Assembly (NCBI GenBank): GCA_012295275.1
Contig: CM022679.1
Span: 13,392,001-13,456,000, forward strand
DNA length: 64,000 bases
From: Chrysomallon squamiferum
Taxonomy: Eukaryota > Animalia > Mollusca
Reading direction: 5' to 3'
Below, piece by piece: positions 38,694 through 51,525 of the stretch. Positions within the stretch are counted from its first letter, which is position 1; the number at the start of each line of letters is the position of its first letter. The notes beneath the pieces are model-generated. The model was not told the DNA's origin. It saw only the letters and a program-made list of their open reading frames with translations, and ran no database searches. The position numbers and the translations under genes were made by a program.

Positions 38694-41600
38694 TTAAACA
38701 TAAAATTTTCGTTTTTTCCTAATTGTCAGACCTTTTCCAAACCAGCCTGGCACTGAGGTTCGTTTCTTGGCTTGCAGGACAGCTGGCTTGTCTTCAGTTG
38801 CTTCTCCAGTAGTTTCTACCTGTATGTCATCCACAGAACAACTGGACCCTGGGTTTTCAGAATCACCGGGGTGAGTATTTGATGATGAAAGTGAGTGTGC
38901 AGAGATCACTGTCTGAGGTAAAACAGGTGCACAGTTGCACTTGTCCTCATTTGTGTTGTCCGAGTATTCAGCAGTTTTGGCATCTTGTGTTACCGACATC
39001 CTTTGCACATCCTGAATGTGATTGGAAGAAAAGCTAGAACCATTTGTTACTGAATTCCTTGCCGTTGAGAGATCGAGAGCATGTTCTTGCAGAGCATCGT
39101 CACATCTTCCTTCATCATTTTCATCCTTAAGTGAATCTTTGTCATTCACACAGTCCCTGTTACATATATGATCTTTGTTTTTATCTCCAAGATTAACTTT
39201 TACACTGTTTGTTTGTTTTGGAATATCGACCTGAAGCTGGAAGTTGCCTGCAAGTTTAGCATCGTGGACAGGCCTCATTACAAGAAATGCTGGCTGAAAC
39301 GAGCCCAGTCCACAAGGAAACAACGTGCTTCCAGGCGGGCAGTTGGAGATGTGGATGCCGTTGGTCTTAAAGTCTTTTTTCACTCTGTCCGTGGTGGAGA
39401 TCACTCCAGTCAGCAGTTTGATGCTTTCCCTCGTCCTGCCGTTCTCTTCCTGAGGTACTGGGGAGTTGAGCAATGTTTTTATGACGGAAAACGGCTCGTC
39501 AGAGGGAGTTTTCTTTTTCACACAAGATTTGTCACCTGAAACTGTCTCCTGTTTATACTTGTCCGTATGGTTCCTGTTTACCCGTACATTCTGTGCATAG
39601 CCGTTGGGTACCTGAAGAATTTTGTTTGAGGTAGTTTTCTGCTCGTGTTTCTTTAAAGGCACGCTCATCTTGAAAATAGGATCCATAATCCTGAAAATAA
39701 ATATTTTAAATATTACATAAAACAAATGTGGTTGAAAGCAAATATATTTGTGTAGCTACATGTGTCTATGCCAAAACAAACTAAGTAAATATATAAAAAA
39801 ATGTTCTTCTTCTTCTAACTAAAATTAAATAATCAGTTAAAAGCATAAATGAAAGAATGAAAAATATCTTAACAATACCATATATGATTCTGTAGATTTT
39901 GAAAAAAAAAAAATCTAAATAAATAAAAAGAGAGAGAAAAGAAATACAAAAATGATAACAATGTATACAATTTTCTGGACATATATTGAAATATTTTTGT
40001 TTAAATTTAAAATTAAAAATATTTGCCTCTGATATGGATCAACCTCTAGTGAAAGATAATTCATCACTTGCAGCATTACATCATCACAACGACCTGAAAA
40101 TCAACAAAAATATTTTTCACTATCAAATCCCTCATAATCAGTAGGTAAAACATAACCAATTGACATTAATTTTATTTCACAAATAAATTAATTTGAGGAA
40201 AACAAATAATTCATGCCTGTCAATAAAATCAACAGGCATTAAAAAAAAAAATTATTTGGTGATATATTTGAATATTTAATAAACTACAGAAGTTTGATTA
40301 ACAAGAACAAAAATATATGATTTTACTATTTTAAGAGTTTCATGTTTGCGATTACCTCACAATACTTTTAACAATAACTAGTTATCAAATATATAAATAA
40401 AATAAAAAATAAAAAATATCTTATAGTTTTTAAGATTTTAAATGAAAAACTGTTTAAAAATAATTAATGAGTTTACCATTTATTTTTAAAGTGGCATTGT
40501 CATCCTTTGGTGTCCACTGCAAGTTGACAATGAAGAGTTTTGGTCTTTGTTGAACTTTTTTGTCCATGCACCACAAACATGCATATTTCTTCAACACCTG
40601 AAAACCAAAAGTAAATTCTTAAATCTTCATAGCATTGATGTTTTATACAGTTTTATGGGTTTGTGACATAAACATGCAGACAGGCTATACAATTTTTATT
40701 TTCATTTCTATAAGCACTTTATAAATCTGAAATCATAATCAGCTCTGCCAACAAGATACTGGCAAGCTGTGTATTTAAAAAACAAAAACAAAATTTAACA
40801 TCAGGACATTATTAATCCAAAATATTAAAAACTAACCTCAAATATTTAGAAAAAAAACAACAAAAGCACATTATTTTTATTCTTCTTAAATCCATAATTT
40901 CACATCATCAAAACAGATTATTAAAAAAAAATATATATATATATATAGATAATAAAAGAAAATAAAACAAGAAGGTATAGTGATATGATATATAAGATGG
41001 GATATATGTTATATAACATGATATGAAATGATACAATATATAATGCAACAGATTTTTTTTAATAAACTTACCTTAAGACTTGATCCCAGACAGAGAATCA
41101 GGTCTGCAGTGTTTGCTGCCTTCACTGCTCTTTTCCACCAGTACGGCGATCTCATGCCTCCCTTCTCACCGAAGTGGACGACAGTGTCCTTCAAAGCAGA
41201 ACTACACCGATGACATTTCCGTCCTGTCTTGTGTCGCCGCACTCCCGTCTTCTCTGTGACGTCAAAGAGTCTAACATACTCCTGTTGCGGCTTGCAGTTT
41301 GGACAAACCTTGAAACGTGAATTTTAAAAACATATTTTAAATATTACTTAACGTGATACAGTAAACAAAATTTAAAAAATTAGATTTATACTGAGTATTT
41401 CTGTGAATTTTTTTTTTAACAAATTTGTTTATTTTCTAAAGTATGTTATTCGGTTAAATGAATGAAATTTAACTTTTCAGCTTATTACTGATATAAGAAG
41501 AAAAAAAGAAATCTTTATTCTCCTGAATTAAATTAACTTTTACTATACCATAATAAAAAGTAAACAACAACTTCTGTTTAGAAATACTGTAACAACATCA

Positions 41601-42099
41601 AATAATGGTTAAATATGAAAAGAATAAACATACATTAGGAAACAAAAAAAACTGACTGTACTTTTTATCTAAACAATTCCATCCTTAACAGCAGAAAAAA
41701 AAATACATGTATCAATATGTTAATATTTTTTGTCTTCTTTTTTATTCAAAAATTACATTTGATTTATTTACCTGAATAACATACTTTACAAGATAAATAT
41801 ATAATAATAAAAAGGATGGATTATTTAGTTTTAAAACTTTTTTTTTTTTATGAAAAATCAGACTTCAGCACAACAACAACAAAACAAAATTTCTTCAACT
41901 ATAGACTCACCTCAATGTACATGTTGCCATGTACTTCAGATATTATGTTTCTTGGCAGACTGCTACGTATGTGTAGACCATCACAGTTCTGTGACACAAC
42001 ATATTTTACCTGAAAGACAAAAACTAAGCTGTTGTAAACAGATGATTTTCTCTAGCCTCTCAGTAAACAAATAATTAAATTACATTAATAATGCACGTT

Positions 42100-42134
<35 letters not shown>

Positions 42135-44752
42135 ATATCTATATACATATATATATAGTTATTTATTAATTATTAATTAGAAAAACGTTTATATATATAT
42201 ATATATATATAAACTTTTTTCTAATCAATAATTAGAGTATTCTTTTAAAGTCTTAATATTGTTAATTTAAAAAACAATTTAGGCAAATTTACACATAGAA
42301 TAATTAACTATTGAATAAATAGAAGAAAATAGAATATTTTATAGAAAAATTAATGAATAAAATAAAGAAGTTTTAACTTTTATACAAAAACTGTTTTTAA
42401 ACAAAATAATAAAGGAAAAAAATAACCTTTATATTTTTTTTTTAAAGTTAACAAATGGTAACAAAAATAATTGCATTTAAAAGTTACTAAACAGGCATAA
42501 ACACAAAACAAAGTACAGTTATTTAAAATTTAACATGGAACAAAATATTAGAATTTGTGACTTACATATCCCTCTGTATACAACTTGGTAATACTCATGT
42601 GTGTGAAAGTTGGCTCAGCATCACTCAAATCTTGTGCTCTGTAAATCAAAATTTCACTTTATGAGAGGACAAAAATGGAAGTTTTATGAACAAAATACTA
42701 CAGATTTAGAAACTTACATCATCTGGATAATCTTACTGTGTATCTCTCTATACATTCACAGAGAAGCTGAAGATATACAGGTCAGGTGAATAAACAAACA
42801 GCAGCATATATATGTAATAAACAGAAGATTTTCATTCCATTTCTGGATAGATATTTTAAAACCAATGAAAACTGCAGAATATTATCATTGTATTAAGAAT
42901 GATCAGTGTGTGGATCTACTGTTGAGAGCAATAAAATTTATAAACTACACAATATTGCCTTATCTAATATACAAATGATTTATAAATGATTATTACATCC
43001 TGCCTGTGGCTTTAGGTGATATATTTTTCTCACTATTTTCTGATTAATGACAATTAAACTGTCATAAATTCTAAATAAATCAGTAATAAAATGCATACTC
43101 GAGTTCTCTTCCTTGTTTCAGCATTGTCCACACACCATTGGGACCTCGATAATCTGGGATTGAGGCTGCCTGCAAAACAAGAGAAGAACAAAAATATTAA
43201 TAATAACTCGATTCTTTAAAAATGGAGAACAGGATACAATACTCTTCTTTTTTATAAAAATTCTTTTATACGACTATTACTAAAGTTGTTATTATTATTG
43301 TTTAAAGGAAAGACAACAGTATATCAATTTATTTTGAGCTGAATTCTAAAAACTTTAAGATATCAATAAATGCTGTAATTTATGCAAACAAAACTAAATA
43401 GAATGCCAAGTGAGGAGTTAGTCATCAGTATTTATGTCTGTTATCAGCAGATACATGTAATTAAAAACAAAAACATACTGTACTGATTCCCGCACCAGTG
43501 TAAACAACTACTTTCTTTGATGTTTTAATTGCATTGGCCAGTTGTTGACATTTAGCAGACAAAATGTCAGGATCATCTTCAACCTAAAATCCAAAACAAA
43601 AAAACTCATGTTATCCGTTTTAACTGCAAGACAATACTAATGGTATGTACTAATGGTGTGTGTGTGTGTGTATGTGTTTATATATACGAATACACACACA
43701 CACACACAAAAATTATAAATTTCTAATGATAAACTTTACTAATAATACAAATACACCAACATAATATGAACAATAGAATATATTTAAATTAATATACTAC
43801 AATTTATTTTTTAATACTTTGTCTAACAATCTAAGGTTTTAATAATAATAATAATAATAATAATAGTATATTGAATTAAATAAAATTTCTGTGAAAGCAA
43901 ATAAAGAGAGATTTCTGAATACCTCTAGAGTCCGTTGTTTCTTCTTAGCCAGGACCTGAGCTCGTTTCTGGACAAGTTTTACAATATCAGGCCATGTTTC
44001 TAGCATCAGCACCTCCTCTTGTGTGCGCTGACTCTCTTTCTTCTTCAAGATGTTGGTAATCTTTGAAAATTAGTAAAAGTATTTAGGTACTAGCTTGAAT
44101 TATGAAACAAAAAAACTATCAGTTTGAAAACTGATGTTAAATAATGTAACAGCTTGAAAATCTTACAGCTGCTTTTTTTTAATTAATTTTTTTTTTAATA
44201 TTTTCATTTATATTATGTCACATCTGTAAGATAAATTTTATTACATTCACTGGCGAATGAATTAATATTTATTTCAATACCTGATAACATATATAAAAAT
44301 AGATAGTGTTTAACTTTTTATGTTAAACCATCATTCTAAATTTACTAAAATTGATTAATAACCATTATAACATATTAACCATATATTTCTTTTATAATGA
44401 TGGTATGAAAATGATTATTATTAAGCATCATTATTATTAAACATCTTTTATATGCACATTACCATGATTTTTATTATTAATATCATATTTGAAAAAGTTA
44501 TCCAAATAAACTGTATGATTATTTTCAAATTAATTGCCTGTATTATTTTAATAAATTCACACTGAATCACAGTAAACTGAGTAATCTGAGTAATTTATTA
44601 ATTAGTATTTACTAAATTAGTAATTTAATTACCTTTTTACAACGAACTTTCTGTTCTTCTCTCACGAGGTCACGTGATTGATATCTGTTCTTGCTTTTAG
44701 CTTTTCTGTCAAGACCATCATATTTATCGTAAAACGGAACTGACTCTGCCAT
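38694..44752 (-). CDS. SIRT7: NAD-dependent deacetylase sirtuin-7, 10 exons, 675 aa
   Basis: Exons 44633-44752, 43923-44060, 43479-43583, 43099-43169, 42566-42638, 41911-42009, 41072-41308, 40477-40597, 40027-40093, 38694-39690. Motifs [74 protein letters not shown] and C-terminal GWFGKG-RKKRK are SIRT7-type. Confidence 0.96.
44207..44273 (-). repeat. ~67-bp dispersed repeat in SIRT7 intron 1; inverted copy at 46268-46335
   Basis: tttatattatgtcacatctgtaagataaattttattacattcactggcgaatgaattaatatttatt matches the reverse complement of 46268-46335 with about 3 differences. Confidence 0.75.
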
Positions 44753-45588
44753 TGTGAGTTTGAGAAAACACAACCCCTTCAGTTTGAACTGGCACTGGCA
44801 GCTACCGATACCGTAGCAAATGTGCTGCAATTGAGGTATGTCAACAGTCGGCAGTTGCTACACAACGATTAATTTAAACTAACTCGGATCATTTTCATTT
44901 TAAACTATTATACAAATACTGAACTGCTATCAGTATCTATATGAAGCATATATCTATTTTTTAAATAAAAATACTTTTACGCATTTTTAGTGAAACGTTT
45001 TAAAAACGGCAAGAAAACTTTGTACGTCAGCCATTCCACTTCTTCAGCTGTGAATTTCTACTCTATTTACAAAAGCACACATGACGGTGTAACAGCTGTC
45101 AAAAATCAATTATCTTGGATGATTGTATAAAAAGAAGAGACAAAATGTTAATAATATAACAAATCCACGACTCGTTATTTTAAGTAATGATAATTTTAAA
45201 AAGCATTATAATGTAATAATGGAATTATTTAGAAAAGTCAGTAATGGACATTTGTATAATACATAATGATACTCGTAGTAACATGTCTCAGATTTAACTT
45301 GTCTAAGCGATCAGACATGCTAGTTCTTGTTACAGTATTCACGATTTAACTTTTAATTGCAATAGAAAATATTTGAAACAGTTTTTTGACTGAAGAATGT
45401 ACATTAATATTTTAATCTCAAAGGAAATATTTAAGCGACAAATGGCAATACGAAACTTTTATCGGAATAGCTCGATTCTTTCCGAAACATTCGCGAAAAG
45501 ATGCGAGGTTGTACGATCATATTATGTAAAGTTGTGTAAACCGACGATTTGCTCTTCGTTGGTGGTGTGCTTTCCATATGATGCCGAA

Positions 45589-47804
45589 ATGACAATGCCC
45601 AAAACCTTTATATTTGAAGATCTACAACAAAAAGAAAAACTTACAGTTGTAATACCAGAGGTATTAATTAACTATTTAATTAGTCAATGAATTCATCCAT
45701 TCCGACTTTTATTTAATAATTATTAATTATAATGATCATGTTCACATTATAATCATAATAATGTATTTATTTTTGTGAACTTAGCAATTTTCATTTTTTA
45801 TATATGATAAATACATTTGATTTTTAATATATATATATATATTTTTTCAGGTAATTGATCCAGCTTATGGAATGTATGTTTGGCCATCAGCTCCTGTTTT
45901 AGCTCAGTACGTCTGGAATCGAAGAAACTTTGTCCAAAATAAAAGTGTCTTAGAGGTAAGTTCTTATCAGTTCAGTTATTATAAATACACCTTGTTATTA
46001 TATATGTACTGCGATTTTTAGTATGGTTATTTAGGAACACCAACTAGATGTAACCAACTAACATTTTAACATTTCTTTGTATGAAAATGACTTTAATTCA
46101 AAGATTATGGTAAAAAAATAATTTATTTAGCCTAGCTTTTTTTTTGTCTTTTAAAATAAATAAATGTTCATAATCTGTATATATGTATATAGAAAGTTAA
46201 ACACTATCTATTCTTATTATTCTATTTTTTATATATATTATTATATATATTTTTTATCAGGATTTGTAATAAATATTAATTCATTGGCCAGTGAATGTAA
46301 CAAAATGTTATCTTACAGATGTGACATAATATAAATTTTTTCATCATTAGATAGTTTTGAAAGAAGATTTTGCTAATGAGAATATTCTGCCAGTAATCTA
46401 CATTTGTTCTTACAAATAGTGACATACGCAGTAAATCAAAATGTCAAAACTTTTTTTATTTCATTTTTGGTATGGTATAAAACAATATTATATTATTTTT
46501 TTACAGCTGGGAGCAGGTACCTCACTGCCAGGAATTGTTGCAGCTAAATGTGGAGCCAATGTCACCTTGAGTGATGCAGCTGAATATATAGACTGTTTAG
46601 AAAACTGTCACAGGAGCTGTGAGATTAATGGGATAACAGATATTAAGGTGATTGGTTTATCCTGGGGAGAGTTTAGTCCTTCATTAATGGAGCTAGAGCC
46701 ACAAGATATTATCTTAGGATCAGACTGCTTCTTTGATACAAAAGGTTAAAATTTGATATTCTCAGAATGAAAGGATTTAGGTTATTAATCTTATTAAGCA
46801 CTGAAAATGTGCATATAAATAGAACATGTTTTTACCATAAATACATTTTTCTTCATCTGCAAGTACAGATGTGTTGCAGCATTGTTTTGTCCTTCTGATT
46901 ATCCTCTGGGTGTGTGTGTGAGAGAGAGAGAGAGAGAGTTTGCTTATTTTGTTTTCACGTTAAAAAGAAATACAAATATCATATTGACATAAATAACAAA
47001 CAAAAAACCCACCAGATTTACATACTTCTTTTTTTTGATTTTCAGATTTTGAAGATATTATTGTAACTGTAAGCTTTCTGCTGGATAAAAATCCTGTTGC
47101 TGAGTTCTGGTGTACTTATCAGGAAAGAAGGTGAACAAATATTTCATTCACCTACACTGATAATAAGACGACATCTTCAAATTACTTTTTGTTATCTAAT
47201 ACAGAACAATTGTTATGGAAATTAATTTTATGTTTCTTTTAATGGGTTGTTCTTAATTTATGTTGTTCCCACATTTTATGTATATATTCAAAGAGATATA
47301 CATGTATTTGCAAATATCACATAATAAATTATCAGGTTTTTTATTTATCAGTGTGTATTAAAAATAGAATAAAGAATAATAATAAAAAATAGGAACATTT
47401 TATTTAACATTACCATCTCTAATTATAAGGTTGTTCTTAAACACTTATTGATGCATGATTACAACAGACATATTTGTTTTTAATTTGACACTCCTATTCA
47501 GCAACAGTGGAGTGGTCTTATTATATTTTACTTTAATAATTAGAAGAAAAAATATTTCTGAGCATGGTGATAATCTCTTTAAAAAGAAAAAATGGTGCTT
47601 GTGAAACACACACGACACTACTGTTTTACAATTTTTATTAAAATGTTTCATTTCAGTTCCGACAGATCCATTGAGCATTTGCTGCTGAGATGGCAGCTGA
47701 AATGTGTCCATGTGCCCCTCACATCATTTGATGTCGACACAACTGAACTCTGCCATACAATTCACATGCTTGTCATCACACAAAAAATGGATGATGGAGG
47801 ATGA
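45589..47804 (+). CDS. METTL23: Methyltransferase-like protein 23; exons 45589-45660, 45851-45955, 46507-46744, 47046-47130, 47657-47804 (start codon uncertain; frame is open upstream to 45397)
   Basis: YGMYVWPSAPVLAQYVW, VLELGAGTSLPGIVAAKCGA, DIILGSDCFF, FEDIIVTV, TYQERSSDRSIEHLLLRW are the seven-beta-strand motifs of METTL23. Confidence 0.93.
46268..46335 (+). repeat. ~68-bp dispersed repeat in METTL23 intron 2 (inverted partner of 44207-44273)
   Basis: Direct sequence comparison. Confidence 0.75.
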
Positions 47805-48902
47805 TGCTATCAACACAACCACTACTTTGAGAAATCAGTATTTTTACATTTAAGTACATACTTGTAAGAAAACAAGTCAACAATCAGCTATAAGGCAGAA
47901 CTGGAGCATGCATCTCTAAAGACTGGTGTAGCAATTAGACTATCCCATTCCAAGCAGTGAATGCTTTCGTACCTTTAGGAACAATCTGACACAAAAGGTC
48001 CTCTGCAGGCAATCAGTGAAAAGAGGAAATTCAGGAAAGTGTAAAAATAACATAAAACTGTTAAGAAATAAATATTTATTAGTTTATTTCTGCAGGATGT
48101 TAATTTTCATAACAGAGCACTGGGAATGATGTGACATAATTGTGGAGATGTAAATTTTACTGCATCACATGATTAACAGGAATAAATAGATGAAAATACC
48201 ATTCTTACTTCTTTGTTATTATTGAATTCATTCCGTAATTTGTTGTTGTCATTTACAATGCATTTCTAGCAATTACTTGAGAATAATTTTAAAATAATTA
48301 ATAGTTCTTAGAAAAGTCAGTTTAATGCATATAACAAATAAAAAAAAAGGATATTATTTTTAAATATCAGTTATATATTAAGACTCTCTTAAAAGTACAT
48401 CATATTAGTTTCTTTTATTACTACTTGAGCAGTTCATTTTGTTGAAATATTTGCAACTTTTGCTGACAGGGTTTTATATATATATATATATAAAATATCT
48501 AAGTAGTATTTTAATATAAAAAATATCTTTATTATGAAGATATTTGATTTTAATTGATCTATAATTTTATAGATTTTGTGCTTTCAGTCTGAAGTAAACT
48601 GAAAATGGAAAATAAATCTCAAGTTCTAAACTGATCAGTATGATTTTACTTACAATGATAACAAGGGATTTTTATTCTTTTTTATGACATAACTGTAAAA
48701 AACTGTCAGAAGAAAAAAAAAATCCTGTCACACATCAGTTTAGAACAAAAAGAATAAACACACAAAAAAGAGTTAATAATTAATGTATATTCTAAATATA
48801 TTTATTTTCTGCTGCCATTCTTGAGTTAGTTTGCTTTCAATTTATCTTTTCACTGCACTCTGAGTTAATTTAACAAAATCACAGTTAACTTCCTAATAAT
48901 TG

Positions 48903-49654
48903 TTAAGAACGTCCAAGTGTGTAACCACCCCCACCCCCACCCCCACCAGGTCTACGTGACCCACGGTTAATAGCACTGCCAGCTGGTGGGGCTGCTGTTC
49001 CCTGGCTGTATTTGACAACAAAAAACAACAAGGCTCCAAACAGAAGTCCTTTAAGTCCTAGCAAAAGTCCTGCCAAGAGAAAACCTAGTGACACTATTGG
49101 TTCAATAACGTAAGGGCCTGCATTCCAGCGAGGTACCCCAGCATCCAACAGTCTCTGATTTAGTGTGTTAAAAATGGAAACCTGTCCAACCATTTGTTGA
49201 TTTTCATTGTCATCATGACGAATAAATCCCTGTAAAAAAAAAAAAAAAAAAATTAAATTAAATGAGCTTATCATTGATTAACCAGGATGTGGAAACATTT
49301 TTGAAAAATAATATATATTTTTTTAATATTTAGAGAAATAAAAAAATAAATAATAAAAAAAAATTAAAAATTAAATCTTTGCTACCTGGACAAGGATGAT
49401 TATTATCATTATATGCAGGATATTAATTCATAATTGTGAAATAAGAATTGCAGATTCCTTCTGGTAGATAAATATCTGTATAATTAATAATATCAGTATA
49501 TGTAGAACTAACCATAAACACCAAAAATTGGGCATCATTATTATGATTATAACCTTTCAATAACAATAACAATGAAAAAGAAACAAAATCATCAATACAA
49601 ATATTACAGCAAAAATAGTTTTAATGCAAAATCCAGTCTCTCTCTGAGTCTCTC

Positions 49655-49686
<32 letters not shown>

Positions 49687-49934
49687 TGTTGTTTAATATC
49701 ACAAATGATAAAATTAGAAAATATACTATAATAACTATCCTTATATTAAATACTAAAAATAGTAATATATAATAATTATATATTATCAAAAAATATTGTT
49801 CAATAACTAAACCAAATTACCTGTCTTGGACCTTGTTGAGTAGTATTTCGGTTTTCTGGTCGTCTCTGTGTTGATCCTTTTGCTCTAGGATCGTCATCTG
49901 GTACGATATCACCATTACTAAGAATTTTTACCAT
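48903..49934 (-). CDS. FAM241: FAM241 (DUF4605) small membrane protein; exons 49821-49934 and 48903-49229, 146 aa
   Basis: N-terminus MVKILSNGDIVPDDDPRA, then SIFNTLNQRLLDAGVPRWNAGPYVIEPIVS plus a hydrophobic LLLGLKGLLF segment, match FAM241A/B. Confidence 0.88.
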
Positions 49935-51167
49935 ATTTTTTAGATGATCGAAAAAGACATCCGTACAAAATTTATTTTCGCTTTCTCATACGTGGAATCA
50001 CTGTTGCTTATAAATTATTTCCCTTTATTTATCATTTTCGGCTATCCTCGCAATGATGTACGAAATGTACCGAAATGTTCCGAATGACATAAGCATTACA
50101 ATTATCATCTACAATTGGTCCAGTATATTTAGATTACTTTATTATTTTTATTATTATTGTTGTTTTGTTTTTGTTTTTATTTTTAAAAGTGGAATAGATA
50201 TTAAATGCACTTAAGGACTTACCATATGACAGAACACTATAAAATGGTATATGTTGTATATATCTACAACACTGATGGTGGTTTTTTTTGTGAATGCTTT
50301 TTTTTTAAAAACAATTTTTTTTTTTTTTTTTTTTTTTTTTAGTTTTTTTTTAATCAATAGGTAATAGTTATGGAGATAAATAATCCAATCTTTAAATAAT
50401 AATTCAGGTTGTTCATCAATAAATCAATGGTTAAAAATTAGTATGGTTGCGATCCGATAGTTTAGTCAACACAACATCAGAATAGTTAACTAGAGCAAAT
50501 TAATCCAGAAATGATAAAAGATGAAGATTGTTTTATCTTTTGCACTGCTGTTCATACACATAACCTCGCTGCATATTCGCGTGTTTGTTGCTGTTGTTTA
50601 GAGGGAGGAGTGAGAGGTTTGTATGTTTGCATGTATGGCCGATTCATGCCACAATTTAAATTTTTTAAATGAAACATTAATGCCTGAATTTTTATTTTTG
50701 TAATTGTCAAAACCAGTTATAAGTAACCTTTTGAACACTGACAAACGTGATATTATATAAATTACTGCATAAAATTGTTTCCTATTGTCAAAACTATATA
50801 TATCAAGCTTATAATTAGTTGTCACAATGGTGGCAGTCATTTCCACCACAAGAAAATATGATGCGTTTACCAAACAAATGATGCAAACACAACTATATAT
50901 TTTTAAGACACTGCTAAATAAGTATCTAGATATACATCAAACATTTTCAGTTACAAGTCGAGTTTAAAACGGGGAAACATTTAATAGTCAGAAAATTTCT
51001 GTTATTCTCTGTCTGACAACTAACTAATCATGACACACACACACACGCAATTATATATTCTGTTATAATTATTTTGTAAACTTAATAACCTTTATATAAC
51101 TATACAAAATAAAGTTACAAGTTTAATAACTAAGTGGCATTGACATTTCTTTATTATTGTATAATAC

Positions 51168-51220
<53 letters not shown>

Positions 51221-51525
51221 AATACAAATGTTCTTAATCACAAAAATAATATTATTATTTCTATAACAGGTAAAGAAAATTAAAAAGGAATCAAATCGAT
51301 AAATAAATTATATTAATACAAAACAAAATCTACAGTGTAATCGTGGGAGTTTTCCGGAATTTATTTTTATATTTAGAATAATCCAGGTGTTTTCCAAAGC
51401 GTGCATTTATTTAAAAAAAATCAGGTCTAAATTTGGAAAATCCGGTTCCCAGAACCAATGAAAAAAAGTTTTTATAAATGTAGCATTCGACAGGCGCGTG
51501 ACTATGATTCCTTCGTGGAGGCAAT

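Noticed and set aside
39168-39539. 123-aa plus-strand ORF (also 5300-5482, 19298-19660, 60854-61063)
   Set aside because: Antisense shadows of real coding exons (SIRT7, H3.3, FNIP) with no independent motif or splice support.
45397-45588. 64-codon N-terminal extension of METTL23
   Set aside because: The frame is open but shows no recognisable homology and overlaps the likely promoter/5'UTR; unresolved without TSS data.
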